Part shown: one piece after another, positions 9,013-16,259 of the stretch
Layout: each line of letters opens with the position of its first letter
Numbering within the stretch: the stretch's first letter is position 1
Assembly: GCA_029856155.1 (NCBI GenBank)
Contig: JAHQWL010000084.1
Coordinates: 1-17,773 of the forward strand
Reading direction: 5' to 3'
Source: Promethearchaeia archaeon
GTDB lineage: Archaea; Asgardarchaeota; Lokiarchaeia; Sigyniarchaeales; SOKP01
DNA: 17,773 bases
Position numbers and translations under genes: made by a program
The notes under the pieces: generated by a model
Seen by the model: the letters and a program-made list of their open reading frames with translations, nothing else
Database searches by the model: none
What the model was told of the DNA's origin: nothing

Positions 9013-9504
9013 ATGGTAGATCTAATTTCAAAAGAATTAAATGAACTAATGGACAAACAAATCGTTGAAGAATTACAATCAGCATATATTTACCTAGGCA
9101 TGGCTGCTTGGGCTTTGGAAAAAGGATTAAAAGGTCTTGCTAACTTTATGAAGACTCATGCAGAAAAAGAAGAATACAAGCATGCTATGAAATTTGCGCA
9201 TTATATCCAAGAAACAGGAGGAAAGGTTAAATTTGGAACAGTAGAAAGCGTGGCAACTGAATATGAAAATGTTGAAGAACTATTGATAGCAGCAATCAAA
9301 CATGAAGAATACATTACTAATAAAATTAAAGAACTTATGGATCTAGCTACAACTAAAAACGAATATTATGCTTATGATTTATTAAACTGGTTCATTCAAG
9401 AACAAATCGAAGAAGAAAACCTTTTCACTGATCTATATAACAATTTCTTATTAAGCGGTAAAATGCTCGGAGTTTGGGACAACCATATAAAACATCCTGA
9501 GTGA
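9013..9504 (+). CDS. ftnA: Prokaryotic non-haem ferritin
   Basis: ELQSAYIYLGMAAW, EEYKH, HEEYIT and WFIQEQIEEE ferroxidase-centre pattern; 163 aa. Confidence 0.9.
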   Translation: MVDLISKELNELMDKQIVEELQSAYIYLGMAAWALEKGLKGLANFMKTHAEKEEYKHAMKFAHYIQETGGKVKFGTVESVATEYENVEELLIAAIKHEEYITNKIKELMDLATTKNEYYAYDLLNWFIQEQIEEENLFTDLYNNFLLSGKMLGVWDNHIKHPE

Positions 9505-9523
9505 TTAGCCCCAAATCCTCTAA

Positions 9524-9537
9524 TTTTTTTTCTTTTT
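9524..9537 (+). terminator. Oligo-T tract, putative archaeal terminator
   Basis: TTTTTTTTCTTTTT about 20 nt after the ferritin stop, between convergent genes. Confidence 0.45.
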
Positions 9538-9559
9538 ATTAATAGTAAATATTTCATTT

Positions 9560-10483
9560 TTAGGAATCCATTAAAGCTTTAAGATCTTTTACCCTACTTC
9601 TTATGGTCACTTCAGTTACTTTTGCGGCTTGAGCTACTTCGACCTGAGTTTTCTGAAATTTGGTTTTTTTGGCAATCAAATATAACACAGCAGCAGCTAA
9701 TCCTTTAGGATCTTTTCCAATTAATGGTAAACCCTTTTTAGAGGTATCTTTAAGCAGGTTTAAAGCTTTAATTTTAATGTCTTCTGGTAAACCTAACTTG
9801 TTACCAAAAAGAAATATAAGTTTCTCTGCCGAAATTGGATGATAATCTAAACATAAGACTGGAAGAATCTCCCTCACAATCATACCTAAAGAACGAAATA
9901 ATGTGCGGTTTGATACCATTGATGCTTCAGATACATCTTCGAGTAATTTTGGAAATTCATGAATCCGTATAGCGGTATACAATGAGGCTGCAATAAATCC
10001 ATCAATTGAACGGCCCATTGTTAATTTCTTCTTAGCTACTTCAGTATAGATTCTCCATGCAGTCTCACTGATATAAGCGGGAATATTAAGTTTTGATGTA
10101 TACAATTTTAATTTCGGTTTTGATTCCCAATAATTCCGTTCCAATGAATTTATGAGAGATCGTTGAATTTTTGCGAGCCTTGAGAATAATAAACTTTTCT
10201 TAGCATTTATCACGTTTCCTTTTGAATCAATTCTATCACTTGGAAGGATAGTTCTTGGGCCAAATTCTCTCCAGGAAGGTTCTATTTGTCTTCTCTGATT
10301 AATCTCTTCAATACTGTAAGCTCTTCTCTCATTTTCTACAAAAATTTGTCCTAAAACAGTTCCACAATTTGTACATACTTTATTGCCACTTATATATTTA
10401 ATACATGGATTTTCACAGCAATTTTCTACTTCTGGACAAATATTGATTGGATTAAACCTATTTTCAAATTGATAAATTTTAAT
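9560..10483 (-). CDS. tfb: Transcription initiation factor IIB (TFB) paralogue, full length about 307 aa
   Basis: Two cyclin repeats (GRSIDGFIAASLY; GKDPKGLAAAVLY; TQVEVAQAAKVTEVTIRSR). The frame is open upstream of the tracked GTG (10213) to a TGA at 10507-10505 and encodes the zinc ribbon CCENP...VCTNCGTV and the B-reader-like ERRAYS...FGPRT. Start placed at a candidate ATT. Confidence 0.9.
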   Translation of the reverse strand: MKIYQFENRFNPINICPEVENCCENPCIKYISGNKVCTNCGTVLGQIFVENERRAYSIEEINQRRQIEPSWREFGPRTILPSDRIDSKGNVINAKKSLLFSRLAKIQRSLINSLERNYWESKPKLKLYTSKLNIPAYISETAWRIYTEVAKKKLTMGRSIDGFIAASLYTAIRIHEFPKLLEDVSEASMVSNRTLFRSLGMIVREILPVLCLDYHPISAEKLIFLFGNKLGLPEDIKIKALNLLKDTSKKGLPLIGKDPKGLAAAVLYLIAKKTKFQKTQVEVAQAAKVTEVTIRSRVKDLKALMDS

Positions 10484-10761
10484 TTTTCCCCTTTTAATTC
10501 TCTCTCAAAATCTTATTGTAAAGAAAAGAATTGGTTGAGTATTCTTTCAAAGATTTCGATAAAAATGTAAAGAGATAAATTTATGCTTTATATTTAATAG
10601 GAGATTATGCCTTTTTTATGAATTTTAATAAGAAACCAATTAGTGACTAAATTCAGCTAATTATTAAAGTCAAAAATCTTTTAGTCAAATATTCTTTCTC
10701 CAGGACAAATCTTTTCACATTTTACTAATATCAAAAGATAAAAAAAATTTTTAGGAATTTT

Positions 10762-10965
10762 ATGTATACAGAATTGATTACAGGCACTTCCTTAACTGAA
10801 AGTTGTATACAAAAATCCGATGGAAATTTTTATATTAATAAATACAGTGACAATCCAATAGATCCAAATCTTTTAAACACGGGTGGAGCGGATTTTTACG
10901 TACTTCGAATCGTAGGAGATAATGGTAGATACTGCTATACGGGACCAATATGGGTGGAATATTAA
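10762..10965 (+). pseudogene. Probable C-terminal remnant of a PHP/DUF3604-like protein
   Basis: ADFYVLRIVGDNGRYCYTGPIWVE resembles the terminal FYYVRV..DG..AW.SPIWV motif of large PHP/DUF3604-type hydrolases. Only 67 aa, with an in-frame stop shortly upstream. Confidence 0.45.
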
Positions 10966-11294
10966 TAGTAAAAAAATTCCAATTCTGCGAATTTATTTAA
11001 TCTATTATTTAATGCTTTAGAAAAACCTTCCCAAAAGTAAATTCGCCTCAGAAATATAACTCCATATCATTGTGCTTTTCGCACTTGATGTCCATATCAA
11101 GCTCTCACTCAAATGCCTTTTCATCATCGGCTAATAGTTAAATTATTTCTTGAACCTATAAATTTTTCCTATTCGCAATATTAATTACCAATGGAATTTA
11201 AAAATTATTTGATTGGATTAAATTTCGTGCTTAATAATGAGAAATATTTCAATGTAAAAAAGCTATTGATTAGAAGGTAAGAATCATTGGTAAT

Positions 11295-11921
11295 TTATTC
11301 TTCCTTTGATTTCTCATCCAATATTTTATTAATAACTTTTTTAAAAATCTCATAAGGTTGAGCTCCAACAATTAGCCTATCTTCAATATTAAAAGTAGGA
11401 ACTCCATTTATTCCATACGTTCTTAATTCTTTTAAGATTTTTTGTAATACTTTGAAAGGTTCATCCGTATCCAAGTAATTTTCTATCTCATTCTTATTTA
11501 GTCCAACCGATTCAGCAAGATCTAATAAAAAACTTTTATCTCCAATATCTTTTCCTTCTAACCAATAAGCTTCTAATACTAATTTATGAAATTCTTCAAA
11601 TTTCCCCTTTTTCCGAGCAAATTCGGAAATATAGAGAGCTAATCGTGAATTTGGTAATTTATCTGCAAACTTAAGTGTTAACCCATCCTCATCCGCAAGA
11701 AGTTTAACATTAGCGAATGCCATCTCTAAATATCCCTTAGGAAAAGGCAATTCCTCAATTGAAGCACCACCCTTTGGTGTTTCAGGATGAATCTCAAACG
11801 GTCTCCACTCAACAGCAAGATTATATTCTTTTTTGAGCTTTTCTATTCGATGATATCCGATATAGCAAAATGGACAAATATAATCAGAATAAGCTATAAC
11901 TTTTACCTTTGTTTGACTCAT
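11295..11921 (-). CDS. DsbA-family (FrnE-like) thiol-disulfide oxidoreductase
   Basis: SDYICPFCYIG active site, WRPFEIHP and cis-Pro GVPTF; no signal peptide. Confidence 0.9.
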   Translation of the reverse strand: MSQTKVKVIAYSDYICPFCYIGYHRIEKLKKEYNLAVEWRPFEIHPETPKGGASIEELPFPKGYLEMAFANVKLLADEDGLTLKFADKLPNSRLALYISEFARKKGKFEEFHKLVLEAYWLEGKDIGDKSFLLDLAESVGLNKNEIENYLDTDEPFKVLQKILKELRTYGINGVPTFNIEDRLIVGAQPYEIFKKVINKILDEKSKEE

Positions 11922-11947
11922 ATGTAGGTTTAAGAAGAGAGAATAAT

Positions 11948-11963
11948 CTTATATACTTTTTTC
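11948..11963 (-). promoter_or_regulatory. Putative BRE-TATA promoter of the DsbA-family gene
   Basis: Minus strand GAAAAAAG-TATATAAG about 28-34 nt upstream of the ATG, consistent with a short-leader archaeal transcript. Confidence 0.55.
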
Positions 11964-12085
11964 AATTAAAAAATAAGAAAAAAAGATTTTAAATTTTTTT
12001 TAATTTTCACGAATCAAAAATGCAACAAAAGTCCGATACATTCCAATTATTAAATTTATTATTTAACCGTCATTAAAGAAAAATG

Positions 12086-12123
12086 TTTTATACATAGTTG
12101 TATATTTTATACATAGTTGTATA
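12086..12123. repeat. Perfect 19-bp tandem duplication of a palindromic motif (putative operator)
   Basis: TTTTATACATAGTTGTATA x2; each unit contains TATACA-N4-TGTATA; lies between divergent genes. Confidence 0.8.
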
Positions 12124-12214
12124 ACCCTATAAAAAGAGATTTATCCAAGAATCAAATAAAAATTCTTAAATTGTATTAATAAATTAATTTCGTATAAAAG
12201 GATGATTTTTTATT

Positions 12215-12712
12215 ATGAGAAAAGATGAAGAAATCAATAATTATCTTGATAAAATTGGAGAACTTGAAGACATTATAATGAGATTAGAAGATCTCATCCC
12301 AGTGGAAGATGTTAAAAAGAAAAGTAGAAAAAGGAAAATGATGGATTCAAAACTCGCTATTGAACTCGATGAAAAAGAAAAAAAATTTAGAGAATTAAAG
12401 GATAAAATGGGTTTCTTAAGAAAAGAAAATTCACAACTCCGACAAGATTTAGAAAAAATAAAGTATGCTAATAGTAGCTCATCTAGGATTAAAATTGAGG
12501 ATTTAAGACCTGAACCAATCCTAAATGACTTGGTAAAAGAATTACAAGATATAGTGAATAATCAGAGATTAATAATTAGTAAATTTAAAACTAATAAAGT
12601 TGATAAGGAAGATATTCTTGAAAAATTAAGAGATAAAGAAGAAGAAATTAAACTTTTAAAGTCAGAAATCTCACAATTAAATAAAAAAAAAAAAGAGTTT
12701 AAATTATTCTAA
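12215..12712 (+). CDS. Coiled-coil hypothetical protein
   Basis: Heptad-rich E/K/L composition. The stop codon overlaps the left edge of repeat copy 2. Confidence 0.75.
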   Translation: MRKDEEINNYLDKIGELEDIIMRLEDLIPVEDVKKKSRKRKMMDSKLAIELDEKEKKFRELKDKMGFLRKENSQLRQDLEKIKYANSSSSRIKIEDLRPEPILNDLVKELQDIVNNQRLIISKFKTNKVDKEDILEKLRDKEEEIKLLKSEISQLNKKKKEFKLF

Positions 12713-12740
12713 TTTTTTAATTGTGGTTAATTGGAATTAT
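12712..12740 (+). repeat. Dispersed 29-bp element, copy 2
   Basis: Identical to 4134-4162; fills essentially the whole gap between a stop (12712) and an ATG (12743). Confidence 0.85.
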
Positions 12741-12742
12741 TT

Positions 12743-13135
12743 ATGAAATCTAATGAAATTGAATCAGATATACCTAAAAAATGCCCTAAATGTGGCAGTG
12801 AATTAAAAGAACGTACCGGAAAGTATGGGAAATTTATAGGTTGTACTAAATTTCCAGAATGTCGATATACTTATGACCTAGGTAAACAAATTAAAGTTTT
12901 ATGTCCAAAATGCGGAAAAAAATTAAAAATACGTAAAGGAAGATATGGAAGCTTTATAAGTTGTTCTGGTTATCCTGAATGTAAGTTTACTTTTAATCCA
13001 GAATTTGGAGAGCAAGAGCAAATTTTTTGCCCTGAATGTGGAAAACTATTAATAATAAACACGGGAAAAGATGGAAAATTTGTAGGATGCACAGGTTTCC
13101 CTGATTGTAAATTTACTTTTGATTTAAGAGACTAA
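12743..13135 (+). CDS. Stand-alone topoisomerase C4 zinc-ribbon repeat protein (YrdD-like, three repeats)
   Basis: Three CPxCG-x-L...G.xGxFxxC..(F/Y)P.C.(Y/F)T units. ATG 12743 is preferred over TTG 12731, which lies inside the repeat element. Confidence 0.88.
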   Translation: MKSNEIESDIPKKCPKCGSELKERTGKYGKFIGCTKFPECRYTYDLGKQIKVLCPKCGKKLKIRKGRYGSFISCSGYPECKFTFNPEFGEQEQIFCPECGKLLIINTGKDGKFVGCTGFPDCKFTFDLRD

Positions 13136-13304
13136 AATTTATTCTTTAGAAATTCCAAAAGAAGTCAGATTAAATTGTCCTTATTATTTATATTTTGAAA
13201 CAGCAAGAATTCTAAATCTTGAGTTTCAATAATGTAAATTTCAATAATATAAGCAAGAGTATCTCTCTATCAAGAAGAAAAAAAAATAATAAATTATTAT
13301 TACC

Positions 13305-13559
13305 TTATTCTTTGCCTTGAATTAATTTAATCAGAAAAATTATAAGAAATATAACTCCGATTGTAACACATATAATCGGAATCACTTCAGTAACGATCCC
13401 GATAATTAATCCTTCGGGGGTACTAATTGAATCTATAAAAGCCTGCCAACTCAAAATATTGGGGTAATACCACCCTAATAGCGGAGGTAATACAAACATA
13501 GTGAATATAAAAATCACAACCAGAATTATTCCAATAATAAATGCGGTCCACTTTTTCAT
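13305..13559 (-). CDS. Small membrane protein (2 TM)
   Basis: Two hydrophobic segments with basic termini; the ATG at 13559 (MKKW) is the likely start. Confidence 0.7.
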   Translation of the reverse strand: MKKWTAFIIGIILVVIFIFTMFVLPPLLGWYYPNILSWQAFIDSISTPEGLIIGIVTEVIPIICVTIGVIFLIIFLIKLIQGKE

Positions 13560-13608
13560 ACAATTCAACTCTTGATATTTGATAATTAAAAAAAATGGGT
13601 TAGACCTA

Positions 13609-13974
13609 CTAGCTTTGTTTAGGTTTAGCGCTTAACTTAATAAGTCCTCCAGATAATACACCAAACAATATAGTCAGAGAAATGGCAACAACGAGAAATA
13701 CCATATCCCCTGGCCAGAGCAAAGCATAAGCTATCCAAACAACAGCTATGGATGCACCTAACAACCAGCCAATTACTACTTTATAATCAATTTCTTTTTT
13801 GCTTAACGCAATGAGACCTCCAGATAAAGTACCCAACAATATAGTAACGGCAAGAGCAACAACGAGAAATACCATACTCCCTGCTCCTAAGATTGCAAAA
13901 GCTATCCAAACAACTGCTATGATTGCGCCTAACAGTTCACCAACTAATCTTTTAGAATTATACAAATCTTCCAC
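13609..13974 (-). CDS. 4-TM membrane protein built from an internal duplication
   Basis: LLGAIIAVVWIAFA...MVFLVVA...LSGGLIALS is repeated as LLGASIAVVWIAYA...MVFLVVA...LSGGLIKLS. Confidence 0.8.
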   Translation of the reverse strand: MEDLYNSKRLVGELLGAIIAVVWIAFAILGAGSMVFLVVALAVTILLGTLSGGLIALSKKEIDYKVVIGWLLGASIAVVWIAYALLWPGDMVFLVVAISLTILFGVLSGGLIKLSAKPKQS

Positions 13975-14125
13975 TCTACAAATTTTTTTTTTAAAATTTT
14001 TTTAATATTACCGAAATGCGTTTAATATCTCTAAAAAAAAAATATTTGTTATTAATTTTGCCCTTATAATTTAATGAAGCTTATTGGGGGTAAAGTTTTA
14101 ATTTTAAGCACTAATCCAGACAATT

Positions 14126-14734
14126 ATGAGTATATTTCAGATTTTGGCAATTTGCGGAATGCTTAGTCCAATCATTTATACTGCTATGTGGATTATATGT
14201 GGACATTTAGATTCGAATTATAGTCATATTCGAGATGATATAAGCTCATTGTTTGCAGTTGGGGCTCCTAATAAGCGCTTAGCACAATCTTTCGTGATTA
14301 CAGAAAGTGTGTTATTGTTTGTTTTTTTCCTTGGATTACATGGGGGGATAAACGACGGGGGCGGTTCTGTTATTGGGCCCATCTTATTAATAATAAGTTC
14401 CATATTAGGAGTACTTGTAGCTCTTTTTTTCCCTCTTGATGAAGGAGGTGAATTCACAACTTATAAAGGTAAAGGACATATAACACTTGTAGTTCTAATG
14501 GGTATATTCGCAATTGCTGGGATGGTGGCACTATGGATTCGTTTACAACTTGTACCGGGATGGAGTGGTTTTGCTCTATATTCACTCATTTCAGCAATAG
14601 CTTCATTAATTGGCGTAATAATCTCTGGTATATTTGCTGCAGGGAAATACAGAGGTATAATCGAGAGAATTATGGTCACTCCTTATCAGCTCTTCTACTT
14701 TGTTCTTGGTCTCATGGTATTTCTTAATAATTAA
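14126..14734 (+). CDS. DUF998-family membrane protein
   Basis: YSHIRDDISSLFAVGAP, FFPLD, conserved His (GHIT) and GIIER motifs; about 6 TM segments. Confidence 0.8.
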   Translation: MSIFQILAICGMLSPIIYTAMWIICGHLDSNYSHIRDDISSLFAVGAPNKRLAQSFVITESVLLFVFFLGLHGGINDGGGSVIGPILLIISSILGVLVALFFPLDEGGEFTTYKGKGHITLVVLMGIFAIAGMVALWIRLQLVPGWSGFALYSLISAIASLIGVIISGIFAAGKYRGIIERIMVTPYQLFYFVLGLMVFLNN

Positions 14735-14991
14735 CCAATCATTAAAGAAAATTAGAGTGAACAATTGGTTAAAAATAAAAGAAAAATATATTAATTGTTT
14801 TAGTTTTTAAGAATAAGTATCAACTAAATCCCTCTTTATCCAACTGGGAATTGCATAATTCATCACAGTTTTGATATAATACTGTAAGAACTAAAACTTG
14901 AAAAAATCACCGTTTCTGCCTTAAATTAACCTTGGAATTCTATTCTAAGTATTCTATAAATTACAGCACATTTTAAAACTAATTATTCAAG

Positions 14992-15020
14992 ATTTTTTAA
15001 CAATGGTTAATTGGGATTAT
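14992..15020 (+). repeat. Dispersed 29-bp element, copy 3
   Basis: ATTTTTTAA-CAATGG-TTAATTGGGATTAT; 25/29 identical to copies 1 and 2, with 3 of 4 differences in the 6-bp spacer. Confidence 0.8.
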
Positions 15021-15076
15021 CTCCTTTATTATTAAAATATCTCTATATTATAAAACGAGAGTTTAAATAGTGCGCA

Positions 15077-15457
15077 ATGATGCTAATCATAATGATAAGC
15101 GTAAAAAGAATCGGAATTGCGACATCATTTGGCGCAATATTAGGTATTTTCTGCATTTTAGGAGCAAGTGGAAGAGTAGGTGGATGGACCGGTAATGAAA
15201 TTCTATTAATTGGGCTATGGTATAATCGAGTTATTATGGGTTTATTAATTGGCTTTGCAGGGGATTTATATTTAATTAAAAATGGGAATCGCTCCAAATG
15301 GTTAAATAGTTTCTTGAGAGGAGCTATTTTAGGATTTTTAATCACGTTGCAGTTCTACTTATCAACAAATTTACTTGATCTGCCAACTTTTCTCGCGGGG
15401 ATTGTTTACGGAATTATAATTGATTTGTTATCCACATTATTTACACGAAAATCCTAA
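15077..15457 (+). CDS. Small 4-TM membrane protein
   Basis: Hydrophobic, Gly-rich helices with GIFCILG, LWYNRVIMGLLIG and RGAILG. The true start may be the ATG at 15092, about 25 nt after TTTAAATA at 15062-15069. Confidence 0.8.
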   Translation: MMLIIMISVKRIGIATSFGAILGIFCILGASGRVGGWTGNEILLIGLWYNRVIMGLLIGFAGDLYLIKNGNRSKWLNSFLRGAILGFLITLQFYLSTNLLDLPTFLAGIVYGIIIDLLSTLFTRKS

Positions 15458-15620
15458 AGAAACTATAATAGCAATAAAATTGTCCAATCTAGGGCTAAAA
15501 TGTAATTTCTGTATCAATATGAGGATTACTTTAAAGTCGAAAGAAATTGTAGCAACTATTGTTGTTGTTGCATAAATTGTAATAAAAAAATACGAGAGTA
15601 ACATTGAATGTTGATCTAGC

Positions 15621-15646
15621 TATTCCAAAAGTTCTATTTTGGAATA
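15621..15646. repeat. Perfect inverted repeat, 10-6-10
   Basis: TATTCCAAAA-GTTCTA-TTTTGGAATA between convergent genes. Confidence 0.7.
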
Positions 15647-15731
15647 TTATATTCATTATCTATTTAGAAAATCCTTCAGAATCCGTATATTTTTACGTTA
15701 ATTTTTCATGTTATATTTATCTTGCTTGGAT

Positions 15732-16100
15732 TCATCCTATTAACTTATTCCGCTTCCAATGAAACCAAAGGTCTCCTAGTAATTGAACGGTTCCAGGTAT
15801 TAGAGCAATATAAGCACCCAAAATGACATATGTTATCGATATCACAATATACCAGATGAGCGCACCCTTTAGAAATGGAGTTATTGGATCCATACGAGGC
15901 AATGGATATAATAGAATGATGCTTAGAATATTTATCGCAATGATGATATACAGTGAGACTGTCGCATCAAAATAAAAGCTCTGGGGAAATTGAATATTCC
16001 ATATAATTGCTAAGATTATCGCCACAAGATTACATAGGAAAATCCATATCATAAAAATGGGAATAAAGGTTTTAGGAGCATCCTTTCTTTCAAGTGTCAT
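15732..16100 (-). CDS. Membrane protein (3-4 TM)
   Basis: Hydrophobic helices; the ATG at 16100 (MTLERK) is preferred over 16133. Confidence 0.72.
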   Translation of the reverse strand: MTLERKDAPKTFIPIFMIWIFLCNLVAIILAIIWNIQFPQSFYFDATVSLYIIIAINILSIILLYPLPRMDPITPFLKGALIWYIVISITYVILGAYIALIPGTVQLLGDLWFHWKRNKLIG

Positions 16101-16259
16101 AATATTATGGAGGAGACTTTGCTTAAAAAACATTCATGTTATAATCCATTAGACGATCTATTCAAAAATAGAATTTTTTTAGAATTAGGTTTATTACTAA
16201 TAAAAGTAAATATAATCTATAAAAAATAGTTGATATACGAAGTCTGGAAGAGTAATAAA

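Noticed and set aside
8847-9056. Minus-strand 69-aa ORF
   Set aside because: Overlaps the ferritin start and promoter region; AT-driven composition with no motif.
9660-9842. Plus-strand 60-aa ORF
   Set aside because: Antisense shadow of tfb.
11030-11190. Selenoprotein or TGA read-through in the minus-strand relic
   Set aside because: The same frame also has TAA and TAG stops; no recognisable selenoprotein motif or SECIS.
14808-14900. Short minus-strand frame YIKTVMNYAIPSWIKRDLVDTYS*
   Set aside because: Too short and no recognisable homology; cannot be supported as a gene or relic.
4134-15020. 29-bp repeats as a CRISPR array
   Set aside because: Copies are kilobases apart with whole genes between them; no spacer periodicity and no cas genes.
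13799-15345. ORFs 13799..14005, 14224..14457, 14461..14679, 14533..14727 and 15043..15345
   Set aside because: Antisense or alternate-frame shadows of better-supported membrane-protein genes.
12215-16133. Classical integron cassette array
   Set aside because: Genes are in mixed orientations, there is no integrase in the window, and there is no consistent attC after each gene.
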